Shown here: positions 40,911 through 53,900 of the stretch, in pieces
Position numbering within the stretch: the stretch's first letter is position 1
Layout of the letters: the number at the start of each line of letters is the position of its first letter
Origin: Penicillus capitatus
Taxonomy: Eukaryota; Plantae; Chlorophyta
Direction: 5' to 3'
Assembly: GCA_965649825.1 (NCBI GenBank)
Contig: OZ287717.1
Location: 137,201 to 201,200 of the forward strand
DNA length: 64,000 nt
The notes under the pieces: generated by a model
Told to the model about the DNA's origin: nothing
Database searches by the model: none
What the model saw: the letters and a program-made list of their open reading frames with translations, nothing else
Translations under genes and position numbers: made by a program

Positions 40911-42629
40911 TTGTGTCGTTTAAACCAACCCCATTCATCCGTCGTCCTGTTCCGTTCATATCCACGACTGACTGACGCTGTCTGTCTCCAACCCATTCAT
41001 TCCGCGTATCACATCCCCTCTCTTTTCTTCTTACCTCATAAAGACTAAATAATTCCGGCATGCTTAATCCAACGATGGATTTTCCTTACTGTTCCATTCG
41101 CAAATGGCTGTTAGGAAGGTCAGTGATCTTCAGTCAGTTTTTACTTCTTGTGGGGATTGAGGAACGCAAGTGAGAACGATATACAGTTTTGGGTGAATGA
41201 GCTCGTCCTATTCATCGCTAACTAGGAACGGGGTGTCGGTGTGATCGTTTAACTGTCCATTGCTGATCGAAATCATACGAGCGCTCATTCTTTGAAATAA
41301 TAAGACGTCTGCACTCTGAGCATGGACCAGGATTTCATTTTGTCTGGATTTCAACTTGTTTCTCGTAGATGTGCTTGCTTGCTTACGTGCTGCTCTTGCT
41401 CTACAGATGCTGTTATGTTTCTATTGTCATGTCATGTCCAGTCAGAACCCAGCATCCCCAATGAGAAGAAGAACACGAAGCTTCCAAGAACTGAGCTTAA
41501 CTAGAGAAGCATGCATATACGTTTGTGTTTTCTTCAAGAAGTTCTCTCTCTCGTTCGACGACGATAACAACAACAACAACAATAAGGCCATGCACGTCAT
41601 CCTCGCTCTGAATCTTGGTAAAGGCTGCAGCAGTTTTCAATAAAAATGTGATAGATTGCAGGATCGTCCTGTTCGATTCAATGTCACATGATGTATCATC
41701 AGCACCATGCTACTACGACGTCGAAGACAACGACCGCTCTTAGCAGCCAGTGTTGCCGTGTATGTCAGTCACTGTATGTACTGTTACTGTACCTGCGACC
41801 TGCTAGGACCTACCTACCTACCTCTATCTACTGAATTCCTGCCATGGCGTTTCTCACTGATATATTTCTTGTACTGTCCTGTCGTCGTTGATGATGATGT
41901 TTGCCATTTCCAAAACTGTTGAAGAGATTAGAAGACAATCAACGCATTGAGACCAAAAGTGTGCAACAACAACATCAATCGTAGATGATCTTATTTTCTT
42001 GGCTGATCGACTCACGGATCATTACGTGCGCTACTCCTTTACTGATGGCGACAGCGAGAGAGCGATCATTATGCACGACACTTACTGCCGACAATAGACG
42101 AGGGTTGTTTGTTTCATCGATCGATCGACCGATCTGTTTGCTTGCTTGTTTGTTCGTTCGTTTATGTATCAGAACCGGTGTTCTTCTGTGGGTTATCGTT
42201 ATTATCTCTTTAATTGATTTGGAGCACGAACTCTCGGCCTACTAAGAAAAGCTGTATACCAACAACCTCAAAGTCAATCAACAGATTGCCCAGTTAGAGG
42301 GCTGGAGGTGGCGTTGCATCATACCAAGCTCATATATCACGGAATGACTTGTACTTGGGGACAGCCATGCGCAAGGGACACCGTTCTGCTGGATAGAAAC
42401 GATTGCAGAGGGATGGAGCATGATGATAGACACATTAACTGCACAAACTGTCGCGCTCACTGAAGAGGGTCGCTGACAGCAATAAAGCTTACAACAAAGA
42501 CAGCATATGCAGTTTGCTTTTTTTGTATCTCACGTTCAATGACGCGGTAGAGTCTGATTCCGAGGGCAACCGCTTGTCTGCCTGGAAACAGAGTTCAAAG
42601 ACATAAGTGTGTTGAACAGGAATTCTGCT

Positions 42630-43129
42630 TTAATGTCGATGGGTTGCAGAAGGACCATCCTCCGTCGCATCTTTCAACGTCCTCAGCAGATTCGACACCT
42701 CGCGTCCCATCGCCAACGCACGATCCGATACATTCTCTGAACCCCCTGCCAACAGACCGCTCTCTAACTGCACCTACATATGACGGCCGCCGCCATCTGC
42801 GCCATCGCTGCGGGGGAAGACACACGCTGAGGAGCTTCTGTGTTAGATCTGGCGACAGCTGCAGGAGACGTCGCATCACATCCGCGCGCAGACGTGTGAC
42901 GCGCTGCAACGTTGATAGGAGGGATCGCTGTCGCGATGGGTCATCGTCGAGATGCGTCGTGAGGAAAGACGTCACTTCGTCCAGTCCATGCGTCGTCTCC
43001 GGCGACCATCCCGCCTGCGCGACAAACCGCCGACGTCGGACGCGTTGCATTCCAGCGTCTCCCGCCTACCAATTCGTACAGCAGCGCCTCCGCGTCTTCT
43101 TCCTGCGGCGGCGCGGCGCTCGCGTCCAT
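42630..43129 (-). CDS. Small helical protein of unknown function (2 introns); may instead be the 3' exons of the gene at 43174-44210
   Basis: MDASAAPPQEEDAEALLYEL/AGWSPE..LLSTLQRVTRLRADVMRRLL..KLLS/VQLESG..REVSNLLRTLKD* using two in-frame GT-AG introns. Confidence 0.45.
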
Positions 43130-43173
43130 CTCGTGCAAAATGCTTGATGTGACAGGCAGGTCCAGTCGATCAG

Positions 43174-44210
43174 TCAGTCGACAAGGGAATCGGGATCGGC
43201 CTTTGGAAAGACGACATTGACGTCCTCGTAATCTTCCATTCGGTAAGGATTTGGCGGATCCGGTTTGATATACGAGTCCGGTTCCCACGCGTCTTTTCGC
43301 AAGACCTCCGATAGCTCCTCCAAAAACTCGTCCGATACGTGCCCCTCCACTTCCGTCGGCAGCACAATCTTCAAATAGTTCACCGCCGCTCGCAGCGTTC
43401 TGGGATGGCTGACGAGATCCATGACGTTCAGTTTCTTGCCCTGATCGTTCACCGGCAGCTTCTTGTACTCTTCCGCAATCCACGGATCGATATCCCACAC
43501 CGTCGGTTCCTTCATCGAAAAGATCTTCCAGATGTCTTTCGCTTTCGCCCCCGGGCCCAATGCCTCTTTCAGCGTCTTCTCACGGATCTCCGGATTCCGC
43601 AGGGCAATCGGCAAATCTTCATCTCGCAACGGAACGTTCTCTTCCGTCCACCTCAGCGCCTTCGCCTCCTATATCACTCTTTTATACTCATGCCTGATTT
43701 GGCAAAAGAGTGAGAGTGGGTGGTAGGTACCCTTGAGTTGTCTTCTTTGTCTGCGCGGAGAACGGAGAAATCGATTTTGTCCACCTTATTAGTAAAGGGA
43801 TTTTGGAACTCAAACACATCCGGCAGACACTCGAGATCGATGTCGCCGTCTTCGAGATCTGGCCGTTCGGGATTGAACTGTGGCGGCTCGACGTACTTCC
43901 CAAGTGTGACCATCTTCGTATCGAAGGAGACACATTTTTCCAGCTCCTTCTTCAGTTTGCTGTCGTCTCTGCGACGCGGCCGCGTTCGAATGTGACGCTT
44001 CTCGACGTCGGCACTCGCATCGACCGTCTCCTTGAACGGCGCCACGTGTTCCTTCGGCGCTTTCTTGCGATAGGCAGTCGGTCGCGGGCGGCGGCGGCGG
44101 CCGCCGCTCTCTGCGGGGTTATCTACTATCACTTCGCGAACGCCTCCGATGGGCACCGCGGCAAAGCGCCGGACTTGTCCAGCGACGTACGACAAAACGC
44201 AACGACGCAT
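43174..44210 (-). CDS. Uncharacterised protein with mitochondrial-presequence-like N-terminus
   Basis: MRRCVLSYVAGQVRRFAAV..; ORFs 43674-44255 and 43174-43629 joined by an intron at ~43669-43730. Confidence 0.55.
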
Positions 44211-44224
44211 GATTGCATAAGTCG

Positions 44225-44535
44225 ATGCAGGTCGACAGCCTTCCGTCCAAAGCAAACGAAGACATGTGTGCGTATCTCTTCGCCTCTTCGCTGCGATGCA
44301 CGTACCCGTTCGCGTTGTTATGTACGACGTCGGTGTGGGTCAGGTCTGGAACGCTATCCAGAAGACAAAGAGAAATGCCAGGAGCAGTTCGATGCCTATA
44401 AAGCCTGTCGCAAGGCGGAGGTCGGTACGGTGTTTGTCGTCGATCTGACGCACGGCGTCGGTCTCGCAGGTTCTGACGCGACGCGAGCGGCGCTTGGAGA
44501 AGGCGAAAGCGATGGAGAGTCGGCGGCGGCAATGA
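44225..44535 (+). CDS. COX23: Twin-Cx9C mitochondrial intermembrane protein, COX23/CHCHD7-like
   Basis: Spliced product C-AYLFASSLR-C-LERYPEDKEK-C-QEQFDAYKA-C; the spacing is restored by GC-AG intron 44298-44343. Confidence 0.75.
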
Positions 44536-44540
44536 GACCA

Positions 44541-45731
44541 TCACTCGGTATCTGATCCTTCCTTGCGGGTCATCTCGTTGGGCAAACTGAAAGTGGATGC
44601 TTTTATGTCCATGCGGAACCGTTTTCTGATTGGAGGCTCTTGGCCGAAGAGCCGGAGGCCATGGGATGGGGTGTGTGGCGGCGGCGGTCGCTTTTTCGTA
44701 TGCCATCGATAGAAACGCGCTGCGGTGCATTGCTGCTGCTCCCAGTCGAAACGAAAACGTCCGTCGCGGATGGCATCGGAGAGATCTTGGATGAAAGACC
44801 AACGCTCCATACCCTGACGTCTTTTCGGCCAGCGAGTGTTCTTTCGCCGTGATGTGACAGGCGCCGGGCCGCGAAACGCCCACTGCGTCTTGAGAAACTG
44901 AAGAACGGTATCGATGGGATCGTGCCTTGACCCATCGCCTCGATCCTCCACATAGAGATGCGCACGACGGGGCAGGGGGAGGATCTCGGGATGGTGATAG
45001 AATCGCCGAATGGATGACGGTACCCAGTGATCGCCACACTTCTGACTCCACATGTGTGTCCACTCCCGCCGCCATGCCTCACGAAAACGATTCCTCTCCT
45101 TGCGCCGCCGACCAGACGACATCCACACCTTCCTTCGAAAAACGCCGTAGGGGCGATGCGCTTCGCTCAGGCCATCGCCAAACGGCAGCGTTCGGAATTC
45201 GACACGAGGAGATGGCGGCTGGCGATCCGCCTCTGCCTCGGGCATGCTTGGAAGCGACGGGGAAGATGTCATGTCATCGTGGTCTTCCATCTCGGCCAGT
45301 CTCTGATCCACGTACTCAGCAAAGATCTCGATCGGCACGCCGTCGATCGTCGTCTCTTGTGGCGGCGCTGGCGGCGCCGGCAGCGATAGGCGTTCGGAAA
45401 TGGAGCTGTGCAGGATCTCGTCTGGACCAAACTCCTTCTTGCGGACTTGGACGCGAATGGAACGTCGTCGAAAGGCACCGACGTTCAGAAAAGCAGATCG
45501 CCATCTCTTGGAACTCGGATCCGGCTCGACCGCACGGCGTTTGTGCTCGTGGCCTAGGATGGACCCCAGTACACCACTGTCCTTTACAAACTCGCCACGT
45601 TCGATGCGTTCCAACTCAACCCGGACGATCCGTTCGTGCGGTCGCGGTTTCCAGGAATGGAGGCACGCCACGAGGGACGTAAGGCGCGTTGGATTGAGAC
45701 GGCAGGACAGGAGAAGGCGGTGCATGGACAC
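44541..45731 (-). CDS. Intronless 396-aa orphan ORF
   Basis: Long ORF filling the gap between COX23 and KCBP-A; Arg/Trp-rich; no motif recognised. Confidence 0.45.
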   Translation of the reverse strand: MSMHRLLLSCRLNPTRLTSLVACLHSWKPRPHERIVRVELERIERGEFVKDSGVLGSILGHEHKRRAVEPDPSSKRWRSAFLNVGAFRRRSIRVQVRKKEFGPDEILHSSISERLSLPAPPAPPQETTIDGVPIEIFAEYVDQRLAEMEDHDDMTSSPSLPSMPEAEADRQPPSPRVEFRTLPFGDGLSEAHRPYGVFRRKVWMSSGRRRKERNRFREAWRREWTHMWSQKCGDHWVPSSIRRFYHHPEILPLPRRAHLYVEDRGDGSRHDPIDTVLQFLKTQWAFRGPAPVTSRRKNTRWPKRRQGMERWSFIQDLSDAIRDGRFRFDWEQQQCTAARFYRWHTKKRPPPPHTPSHGLRLFGQEPPIRKRFRMDIKASTFSLPNEMTRKEGSDTE

Positions 45732-46007
45732 GTCAACGTCTGGATATGCGCTGCATTTTGGCAGAAGTTAACCTCCGTGGTATTATTGTCATCCACCTCT
45801 TGATATCTTTCTTCGCAACGCTATTGTTCCTTCGATACGCTGTCGACTACCGTTCGCGTGTTTCTGCCGCATTCCCGTGACTCTCTCCGAACGCAAGTGC
45901 TTGACGCGGAGACGCAGAAGGAACGGTTATCTGCCGCAGCAGTCGCAACAACAGCGATTTTATCGCACGACTTCGCTAACACGACTTCTTTCCACGACAA
46001 ACGTCCC

Positions 46008-49000
46008 ATGGATTATACACCCGTAAGTTCCGCCCACCGCCCAGGCGACTTCAGCGGCAAACCCGACGGTGACGTGTTAGGGTGAAGATGTACCGGCTGT
46101 GGGTGTCCGGGACTCTTTGCCAGCGCTGAACAGCGTCGAATTCAAGTTTCAAGTACGCCTGCCTTTGCGTGCAGTCGTTCGTCAGAGGCCCTCCAACGGC
46201 ATCGCTGCTTAGATTGATGAACATGTCAAAGTGAATGGCGCTACTGAGAAGAGCGAATCCCGTCGTTCCTCCGTTTTGGACGTCGCCGAAGACCCACCCT
46301 TTGCAGACGCCGAAGGCGCCCTGCTCGATGAGCTGCTCAAATTCTCCGAAGTCCGTCACCATACGCATCCACCCGCCGCCAGACCCTTCATGTGTCTGCA
46401 GAAGCCACTGCCGTCCAGTTTGCTGAAGTTGGACTCCAACCGGACGCAGGACGCTTTGAAGATGCACGAGTACATCTGTACCTATATGGGCTTCCGTCCA
46501 GCGTCGCTCGAAGCCGGACAGCTGGTCGAAACGGCATCGCGTCTCATCAAGACGTGTGCCAAGCATCCGGATCTGAAGAACGAACTCTACATGCAGCTGA
46601 TCAAACAGAGCCGAAGTGTCCCACTCGAGGAGTACAGAGATCGCGTCTGGGAACTCTGGATCGTGGCGGCGTCCGTCTTCGATCCGGCCAAGGTGAACAG
46701 ACCCCAAGGCCCGCTCAGGGTCTGCACTCCTGTCGCGTCTCCGTAGGAGTACATCGCCGTCATCTCCGAGTACATCCACCAGGTGATGCAGGAGTCCCAC
46801 GACTCGGCCCGCATGAAGGAGCTCGTGTCTCGCGTCTGGGCAACATTCAAGCGAACAACACGCGCCGGACCGAGACAGGAGGTGACGTCGCCGGCCCGCT
46901 CGCGCTCGTGCGACATGAATCTTCCTTAGGCGCTGGGTCTGGACGAGATCGAGGCACTGCTGTTGAACAAGAAGTTGACGACGAGAGTTCAGTTTCTGGA
47001 CGGACGCGAGTGCCGCTTCGATTACCACACGACATCGACGGTCCAGGAGGCGATCGAGAGCATCGCCGAGACGATCAGCCTCGCCAACTACGCGACGTTT
47101 TCGCTCTACGAGATAAAGCCATCCGAGGCGGTGGAGAACGGAGAGCTCGTGGACACGCACAAACATCTCGAGGAGAATCTGTACATCGCCGACATCCTTT
47201 CGCAGAAGGAGGACAAGGAAGGAACTTACTTTCTATTCAAGAAACGCATGTTCAGGTGAAACGGCCCCTATCTCGATCGAAGGCCTCGGGAATGTGTGTC
47301 CGTCCGGCAGGGAACAAGACGAACACATCACGGAGCCGATTTTTCTGTCGCTGTCCTATATGCAAGCGCAGCATGACTTTCTGAAAGGAAACTATCCAGT
47401 GGTCCGGGACGACGCGGCGCAGATGTGCGCCCTGCAGATCATCGTCGCCGAGGGCGCCGATTTGAAGAAGACGGATCCGCGTTTCATGAAAGCCGCCGAG
47501 AAATTCACGACCTCTCAGGTGCCACCCGGTCCTCGGGGACCAGAGAGATGAATGACATGGCCGTGCAGATTCTGATGTCGCGCAAGCGTCAGCAATGGCA
47601 CCAGGACGTCTACCACAGATACAACGCCTTCAGCAAGCTGACGAAGGAGGGAGGAAAACTGCAGTTCCTGAGAATCATCCACAGTCTGCCCTACGGTGCG
47701 TGCCGTTCCTCTGCATCGCGGCGCCGCCATCTGATGCCTGCCTGCCCTTTAGGAAACTCGACGTTCTTTCCCGTGCGACGGAACGCCGATCCGATCGGTC
47801 TGTTGCCATCCAAAGTGATCCTGGGCATCAACAAACGCGGCGTGCATTTCTTCCGACCGGTCCCCAAGGAGTACCTTCACTCGGCAGAGCTGCGCGACAT
47901 CATGCAGTTTGGATCCAGCAACAACGCCATCTTCATCAAGATGAAGGTCGCCGGCGTTCTGCACGTGTTCCAGTTCGAGACGAACCAGGGCGAAGAGATC
48001 TGCATGTCCCTCCAGACGCACATCAGCGATCTGATGATGAAGCGATTCGCCAAGGTACTCACCTCCTTTACATACAGCAATGATGTGACGTTTGTGTTGC
48101 CTGTGGTGTGCTAGACTCGGAAGATGTCCGAGACGCAGCGTCGTTCGGGCAGGGATGGTTTGCCGGACGCCAATTTCGGCGAGAAATACGAGCACCACAT
48201 TCGACAGATGCATCAAAGACTACAGGAGCACCAGACGCACATCTCGAAACTCCAACAGATACAGCAAGCGTCCGAAGCCGAGCTCGATTCCATTCTGAAC
48301 GAACTCGACGAAACCCGACAGAAGCGTCGCGCGGTGGATTCCGAGAAGAACACGCTGCAGAGCAACCTGCTACAGATGCGTCGAGATATGACAGCCCTCA
48401 GCCGTTCGCTCTCCGATCTGAGAGGCGCCCTCGTGGAAGAAGAGATCGCCAAGATGACAGAGATCAACAAACTGACGGAGGCAGTGGACTCGGCCAAAGC
48501 CCAGAGCCTGGAGGAGGAACTCAAGGCAAAACAAGAGGCCATTGCTGCCAGCGAACAGCGATGCGCCGAACTGGAGCGTCAGTTGGCCGACACCGTCGCC
48601 AGTTACCAGCAACTCACCAGCGATTTGTCACATCTAGAGGAAACGCGGTCCGAAGAGGTCCAGCAACTCAAACACGAGCTCGCCGACGTCAAAGAGAACG
48701 TCCATACTCTGGAGCAACGTCAGGAGGCGGAGCTGAACGATCTGGTCGAGCGTGTGGCCAACATCACCGCGATGTACAACGCAGACTTGGCCGAAATGGA
48801 ACAGGTACACGAGGATCAACTCGAAGTGCAAGAACTCCTGGACCTGAGAGCTGACATTCAACGTCGCGAGAGCAGTCACGCCGTCGTGATCGAAGGCCAG
48901 GCAAAGAGAATCGACTACCTGGATTCCGAGTACAAAAAAGAACAGATCATGCGCAAGCGCTACTTTAACCAGATTGAAGATATGAAGGGGAAGATTCGCG

Positions 49001-50222
49001 TCTACTGTCGCGTTCGTCCCATGCTGCCCTTCGAAAAGAGCAGAGGGCAGGATATATCGGTCTCTGTACCCGATGACATGACCATTACCCACCAATGGAA
49101 AGATGAGAAGAAAGATAGGGAGTACGTCTTTGATAGCGTTTTTACACCCGACATTCGACAAGACCAGGTGCGTCCCTCTACTGTGTGCCGCATCGCCCTG
49201 ACCCATGGTTCTAGGTTTTTGAGAGTACGAAGCATTTGGTTCAGTCTGCTGTGGATGGATTTAATGTCTGTATCTTTGCCTATGGCCAGACCGGCTCGGG
49301 CAAGACCTTCACCATCTATGGATCCGATTCTCAACCGGGACTGACGCCAAGAGGCATCCAAGAACTGTTCGATATCCTCGAACGCGATGCTGCGAAGTAC
49401 ACATCTTCTGTCAAGTGCTATATGCTTGAGCTGTACCAAAACACTGTGGTGGATTTATTGACGCCTTCCAAGAAGAAACCGGTAAGACGCGGGCGATCGG
49501 TATGGACGGATTGATGAGGGTCTCTTAGGTGAAGCTCGATATCAAGATCGATGCCGGGGGGATGGTGGTGGTTCATGGCGCGATCATGGAAGAGGTGACG
49601 TCTGCTCAGCAGCTCATGGACGTCATCTCGGCCGGACAGAGGCGACGACACGTGTCCGCCACGCACATGAATAGAGAGTCATCTCGATCGCACTTGATCA
49701 TGAGCTTCATTATTGAATGTACCAATCTTCAGACGCAGAACGTCACGAAGGGCAAGCTCAGTTTTGTCGATCTGGCCGGATCGGAAAGGTCAGCCGCCAG
49801 ACGGATCAAAATGATCATTCTCAGCCGGCGGCGCGTGTGATCGCAGGATTAAGAAATCGAAGGCGGAGGGCGAGCAGCTAAAGGAAGCGCAGGCGATTAA
49901 TAAATCGTTATCTGCCCTGGGCAACGTGATCGTCGCGCTGTCGCAAGGAAAGGGCCACGTTCCGTACAAGGACAACAAGTTGACGCTGCTGATGAGCGAC
50001 TCCATCGGCGGCAACGCCAAGACGCTGATGTTTGTGAACGTCTCGCCGACGGACAGCAACTTGGACGAAACTCAGAACTCGTTGCTCTACGCGACGCGTG
50101 TGAAGGCCATCAAGAACGATCCCTCCAAGCTGATGCTGGCAAGGGAACAGGCCAAGATGAAGAAACAAGTGAACCGTTGGAAGGCGGGTATGGACGTCTC
50201 CCACATCCTCGCTCAGTTGTGA
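46008..50222 (+). CDS. KCBP: Kinesin-like calmodulin-binding protein, KCBP-A (MyTH4-FERM-coiled coil-C-terminal motor)
   Basis: MyTH4 [12 protein letters not shown]; [39 protein letters not shown]; motor [30 protein letters not shown]; about 11 introns. Confidence 0.96.
46130..48958 (+). repeat. Inverted repeat arm B, copy of 28260-31091
   Basis: Same boundaries and identity as arm A; the ORF track shows duplicated peptides (e.g. 46231..46746 vs 30475..30990). Confidence 0.98.
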
Positions 50223-50930
50223 CGGCGGCCGCCCACAAGTCCACTCCATTGACGCATCTGTCCGATGCCTGGTTGGTTGACCTGCATTTCATTGTGCGAT
50301 TCTCAATGCCGCAACAACGTTTGTGTTTTTATCCGCGTCCCGCGACCCAATAAGGGATTCTTTTCGTCTTGTATCGATCGCCTTTGCTCTTTGTACATCG
50401 CTCTCCACGCACTCTCCCCGCAGATAAGGGGAAGCTCGTTTATGGGTCTGGTGCGTACTGTATCGCCCCTTGCTAAAGTACAGGGCATGGTCAGCGTTGT
50501 TTTTGGCTTCGCTGTCAGGTCGTGTTGAATAACCCGCCCGCCTACCCATCAATCCACTCGACCAAGGAGTCACGATGATGATGCTTGAGAAATCTCTCTC
50601 CCTTGAAACACGTCCTGTGTAGAGCTGTCACATTCAGATGCCTTTAACGATTCTCGGCGGCACTGCTGGGGTAAATCTGCAGATACGCTTCTGCTGACAT
50701 CATATCTGTGGCCCATACGACATCTACAGATAGATTGGCCTGACACGCGTCGACCGTAGACCCGCGTCGATTTTCCTCCGGATAAAACGGACCAACACAT
50801 TCGCGTTCGTTTGTTTCTTGGATAAGGAGCGCCTCTCCCTGCCTCGAAGCCCTCGCTCGACCTCTAGACATCCGCGCCGAATTATTCAAGACCGCATTTA
50901 TTCCGACGTTCAACTTCGCCGTCGCCCAAC

Positions 50931-53900
50931 ATGGCCGAAGAGGTAACCGTGTTGCCCCCGTCGCCCGCTGCCGCTCGAGCCATTCACCTGCTGGCTGTCA
51001 ACAACCGAACCCTTACCCGCCCTATGGCCGCTGTGTAGGACGCGGTATCCGTTTCGACGTATGCGTCGAACAAGAATCTCACTGGGCTCGGCAGCGTCGC
51101 CGGCAATTTCCAGGTAATATCCGCCGTCGCAGCTCCGACGCCGGCCAGCCCGATGGACCGTTGACGGGTGCGATGTGTAGGTGGATGGCTTGCCACGACC
51201 GACGAGCAAGTGCCCCGAAATCGTGAACAAGAACGTTCAGGAGTCGGAAGATCCGCCTTTCAATGAACAGGACGACATGAGCCTCGAAGACCTCCTCGTC
51301 TTTTCACCTGTCACCCATCAGCACCTATCGACGATCTCTCCTGAGCCGTGTCTGCCACGCAGGAAATGATAACGACGAGTATCCTCCGAATGGATGGGGA
51401 GAACAATGAGAAAGCCGTTTTGATGTTTAACGACGTTTTGAAGTATATGTCGGAATCTGACGACCCTGCAGAGAAGGTGCCGCAGAAAGACGTCGCTGGC
51501 AGGATCATAGAGGACTGCCTCCGCGCCGCCATCCTCAAAGACGAGCTCTATATGCAGCTCATGAAGCAGACGCGCAACAATCCCAATCTCACATCGAAGA
51601 TGCGCCTCTGGGAGCTCTGGCTCGTTCTCGCTGCATCCGCGCCGCCATCCAAGGTGCGCCGCCAGCTGTCACATCGAGGGGCTGCCACGATCTGTGCTGT
51701 CTGCAGGACTATGTGTCCCTCCTGTCCGAATTCATTCACAGCGTCATGCGTGACGAGTCCGAGGACGAAACGGTGCACGGTCTCGTGGAACGTGTGTGGA
51801 ACACGTTCAAGCGCTCGACGAAGGCGGGACAGAGGAAAGCCGCGCTGCAGTCTGCCGATATCGAGGCGCTGTGGGAGAACAAGAAACTGGTCACGCGTGT
51901 CTCGTTCTTGGACGGCAACGCGGCGACGCTGGACTATGAAGTCATGACGACTGTCCAGGAAGCTGTGGAGTTGCTGGCCAAGACCATCGAACTGGAAAAC
52001 TTCAACAGTTTCACCATCTATAAACTTTACACACCGCGACAAGATGAGGACAGCCACGAGGCCGTCCAAGAGCAGCACGTGCTGCTCGATGAAAACAGAT
52101 ACATCGCGGACATTCTGGCAGAGGCCAAGGCCGAAGGAATTGATGTGACGTTGCTGTTCAAGAAAAAGATGTTTAGAGAACAGGACGAGCACATCACGGA
52201 GCCCGCATTCGTTAACCTATCCTACGCTCAGGCTCAGCACGACTTTCTCCAGGGGAATTATCCGGTAGTGAAGGATGACGCCTCCCAGATGTGCGCCTTG
52301 CAGATCTTCGCTGCGCAAGGACCGGGTCTCGACGAAAGAAGCGACGTCTTTCTGCGAGAGCTCGATAAAAATCTCACCAAACAGGTGGGTACCCCTACAG
52401 GCGGCGGCGCCGCCACTGAGCGCCGCCACTACTGGCGTCTGTTCTAGGTGAGAATGACACGTCCAGGGGAGGAATGGCGTCGGGATGTGTATCGCAGATA
52501 TGTCGCCTTGAGCAAACTGACACAGGAACATGCGAAGCTTCAGTTCTTGAGGATTCTCAGAAGTCTGCCCTACGGCAATTCGGTTTTCTTTTCGGTCAAA
52601 CGAACGGAGGACCCCATCGGTCTGCTGCCGTCCAAGCTGATATTGGGTATCAATAAGAGAGGTGTCCACTTCTTTCGACCGGTCCCCAAGGAGTACCTTC
52701 ACTCGGCCGAGCTGCGCGACATCATGCAGTTTGGATCTAGCAGCCACGCTATCTTCTTTAAGATGCGTGTCGCCGGCGTTCTACACATCTTTCAGTTCGA
52801 GACGCGACAGGGAGACGATATCTGTATGGCCTTGCAGACACATATTACCGATATTATGATGAAGCGCTATGCCAAGGCCAAGGAGCACAGGCGACCGGCC
52901 AATTCTACTGGACTGGCGCAGGCGAATTTCGGTCCGAAATACGACCAGCACTTGAAGAAGATGCAGAAGGATGTCGAAGAGGCGTCGATGCGAATTGAAG
53001 AACTGGAGAAGGAGGAGAAAGAGGCGACGTATAAAGTACAGGAGATGCGTACGCAGCTCGAAGGCATCCGAACCAATCTCACCAGCTACGAGTCGCAGAA
53101 GATGGATCTGCAGTCCGAAATCTCTGCCGCTCGCAAAGCCATCGGCGCCGCCAAAGAAGAGCTCCACGATATTCAAGCCGTCCGTTGCCTTTACGTCTGA
53201 CGATTCTCCCAACCGTCGCTGTCTGTTGACAGGAACTCGCCGCCATCGAGACGCTAAAGGCATCTGAGGTCACCGAAGTCGCCGTCCCGAATGCCGACAG
53301 TGTGCAAGTCCAGCAGCTACAGGTCAACTACGAACAACTACAGGCAGAACTGAAAGAAGCCCAAGAAAAGTGCGATCGCGTTCTCACTCTTTTTTGTCGC
53401 TATCTTATGGATGTCACTCTTTAGGGAAGACGCCGTTTCCAATCAGCTAGATGAGATCGAAGAGCAGAGGAGCAATGTTAGCAAGCGTTTGGGAGAGCTC
53501 GAGGCGTTGAAGGGAACGGAGGTCCAGGATCTCAAAGCAGAGTTAGAAGATATCAACAGCAACTTGAAGAATCGCATCAAAGCTAAGGACGGCGAAGTGA
53601 ACGAGCTCCAGGAGAAGCTCGCCAATATGACAGCTATGTATAACGAAGACCTGGCCGAGATGGCTCAGATGAAAGAGGACCAGACGGAACTGGTGGAGCT
53701 TAGACAGATGCGTCAGGACGTCGAGCGTATGGAGAAGGAAACGGCGTCCGTCATTGAGGGTCAAAGGAATAGAATCGATTACTTAGAGAAGCAGTACAAG
53801 GAAGAACAAGTTATGCGCAAGAGGCACGTCTCAGCCGCCGGCGGCGGCGGACGGTGTGATGGTGTCTGTGTAGGTACTTTAATCAGATGGAGGATATGAA

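Noticed and set aside
28260-48958. Inverted repeat as the terminal repeats of a giant transposon
   Set aside because: The arms are ordinary spliced gene bodies; no transposase, no flanking target-site duplication.
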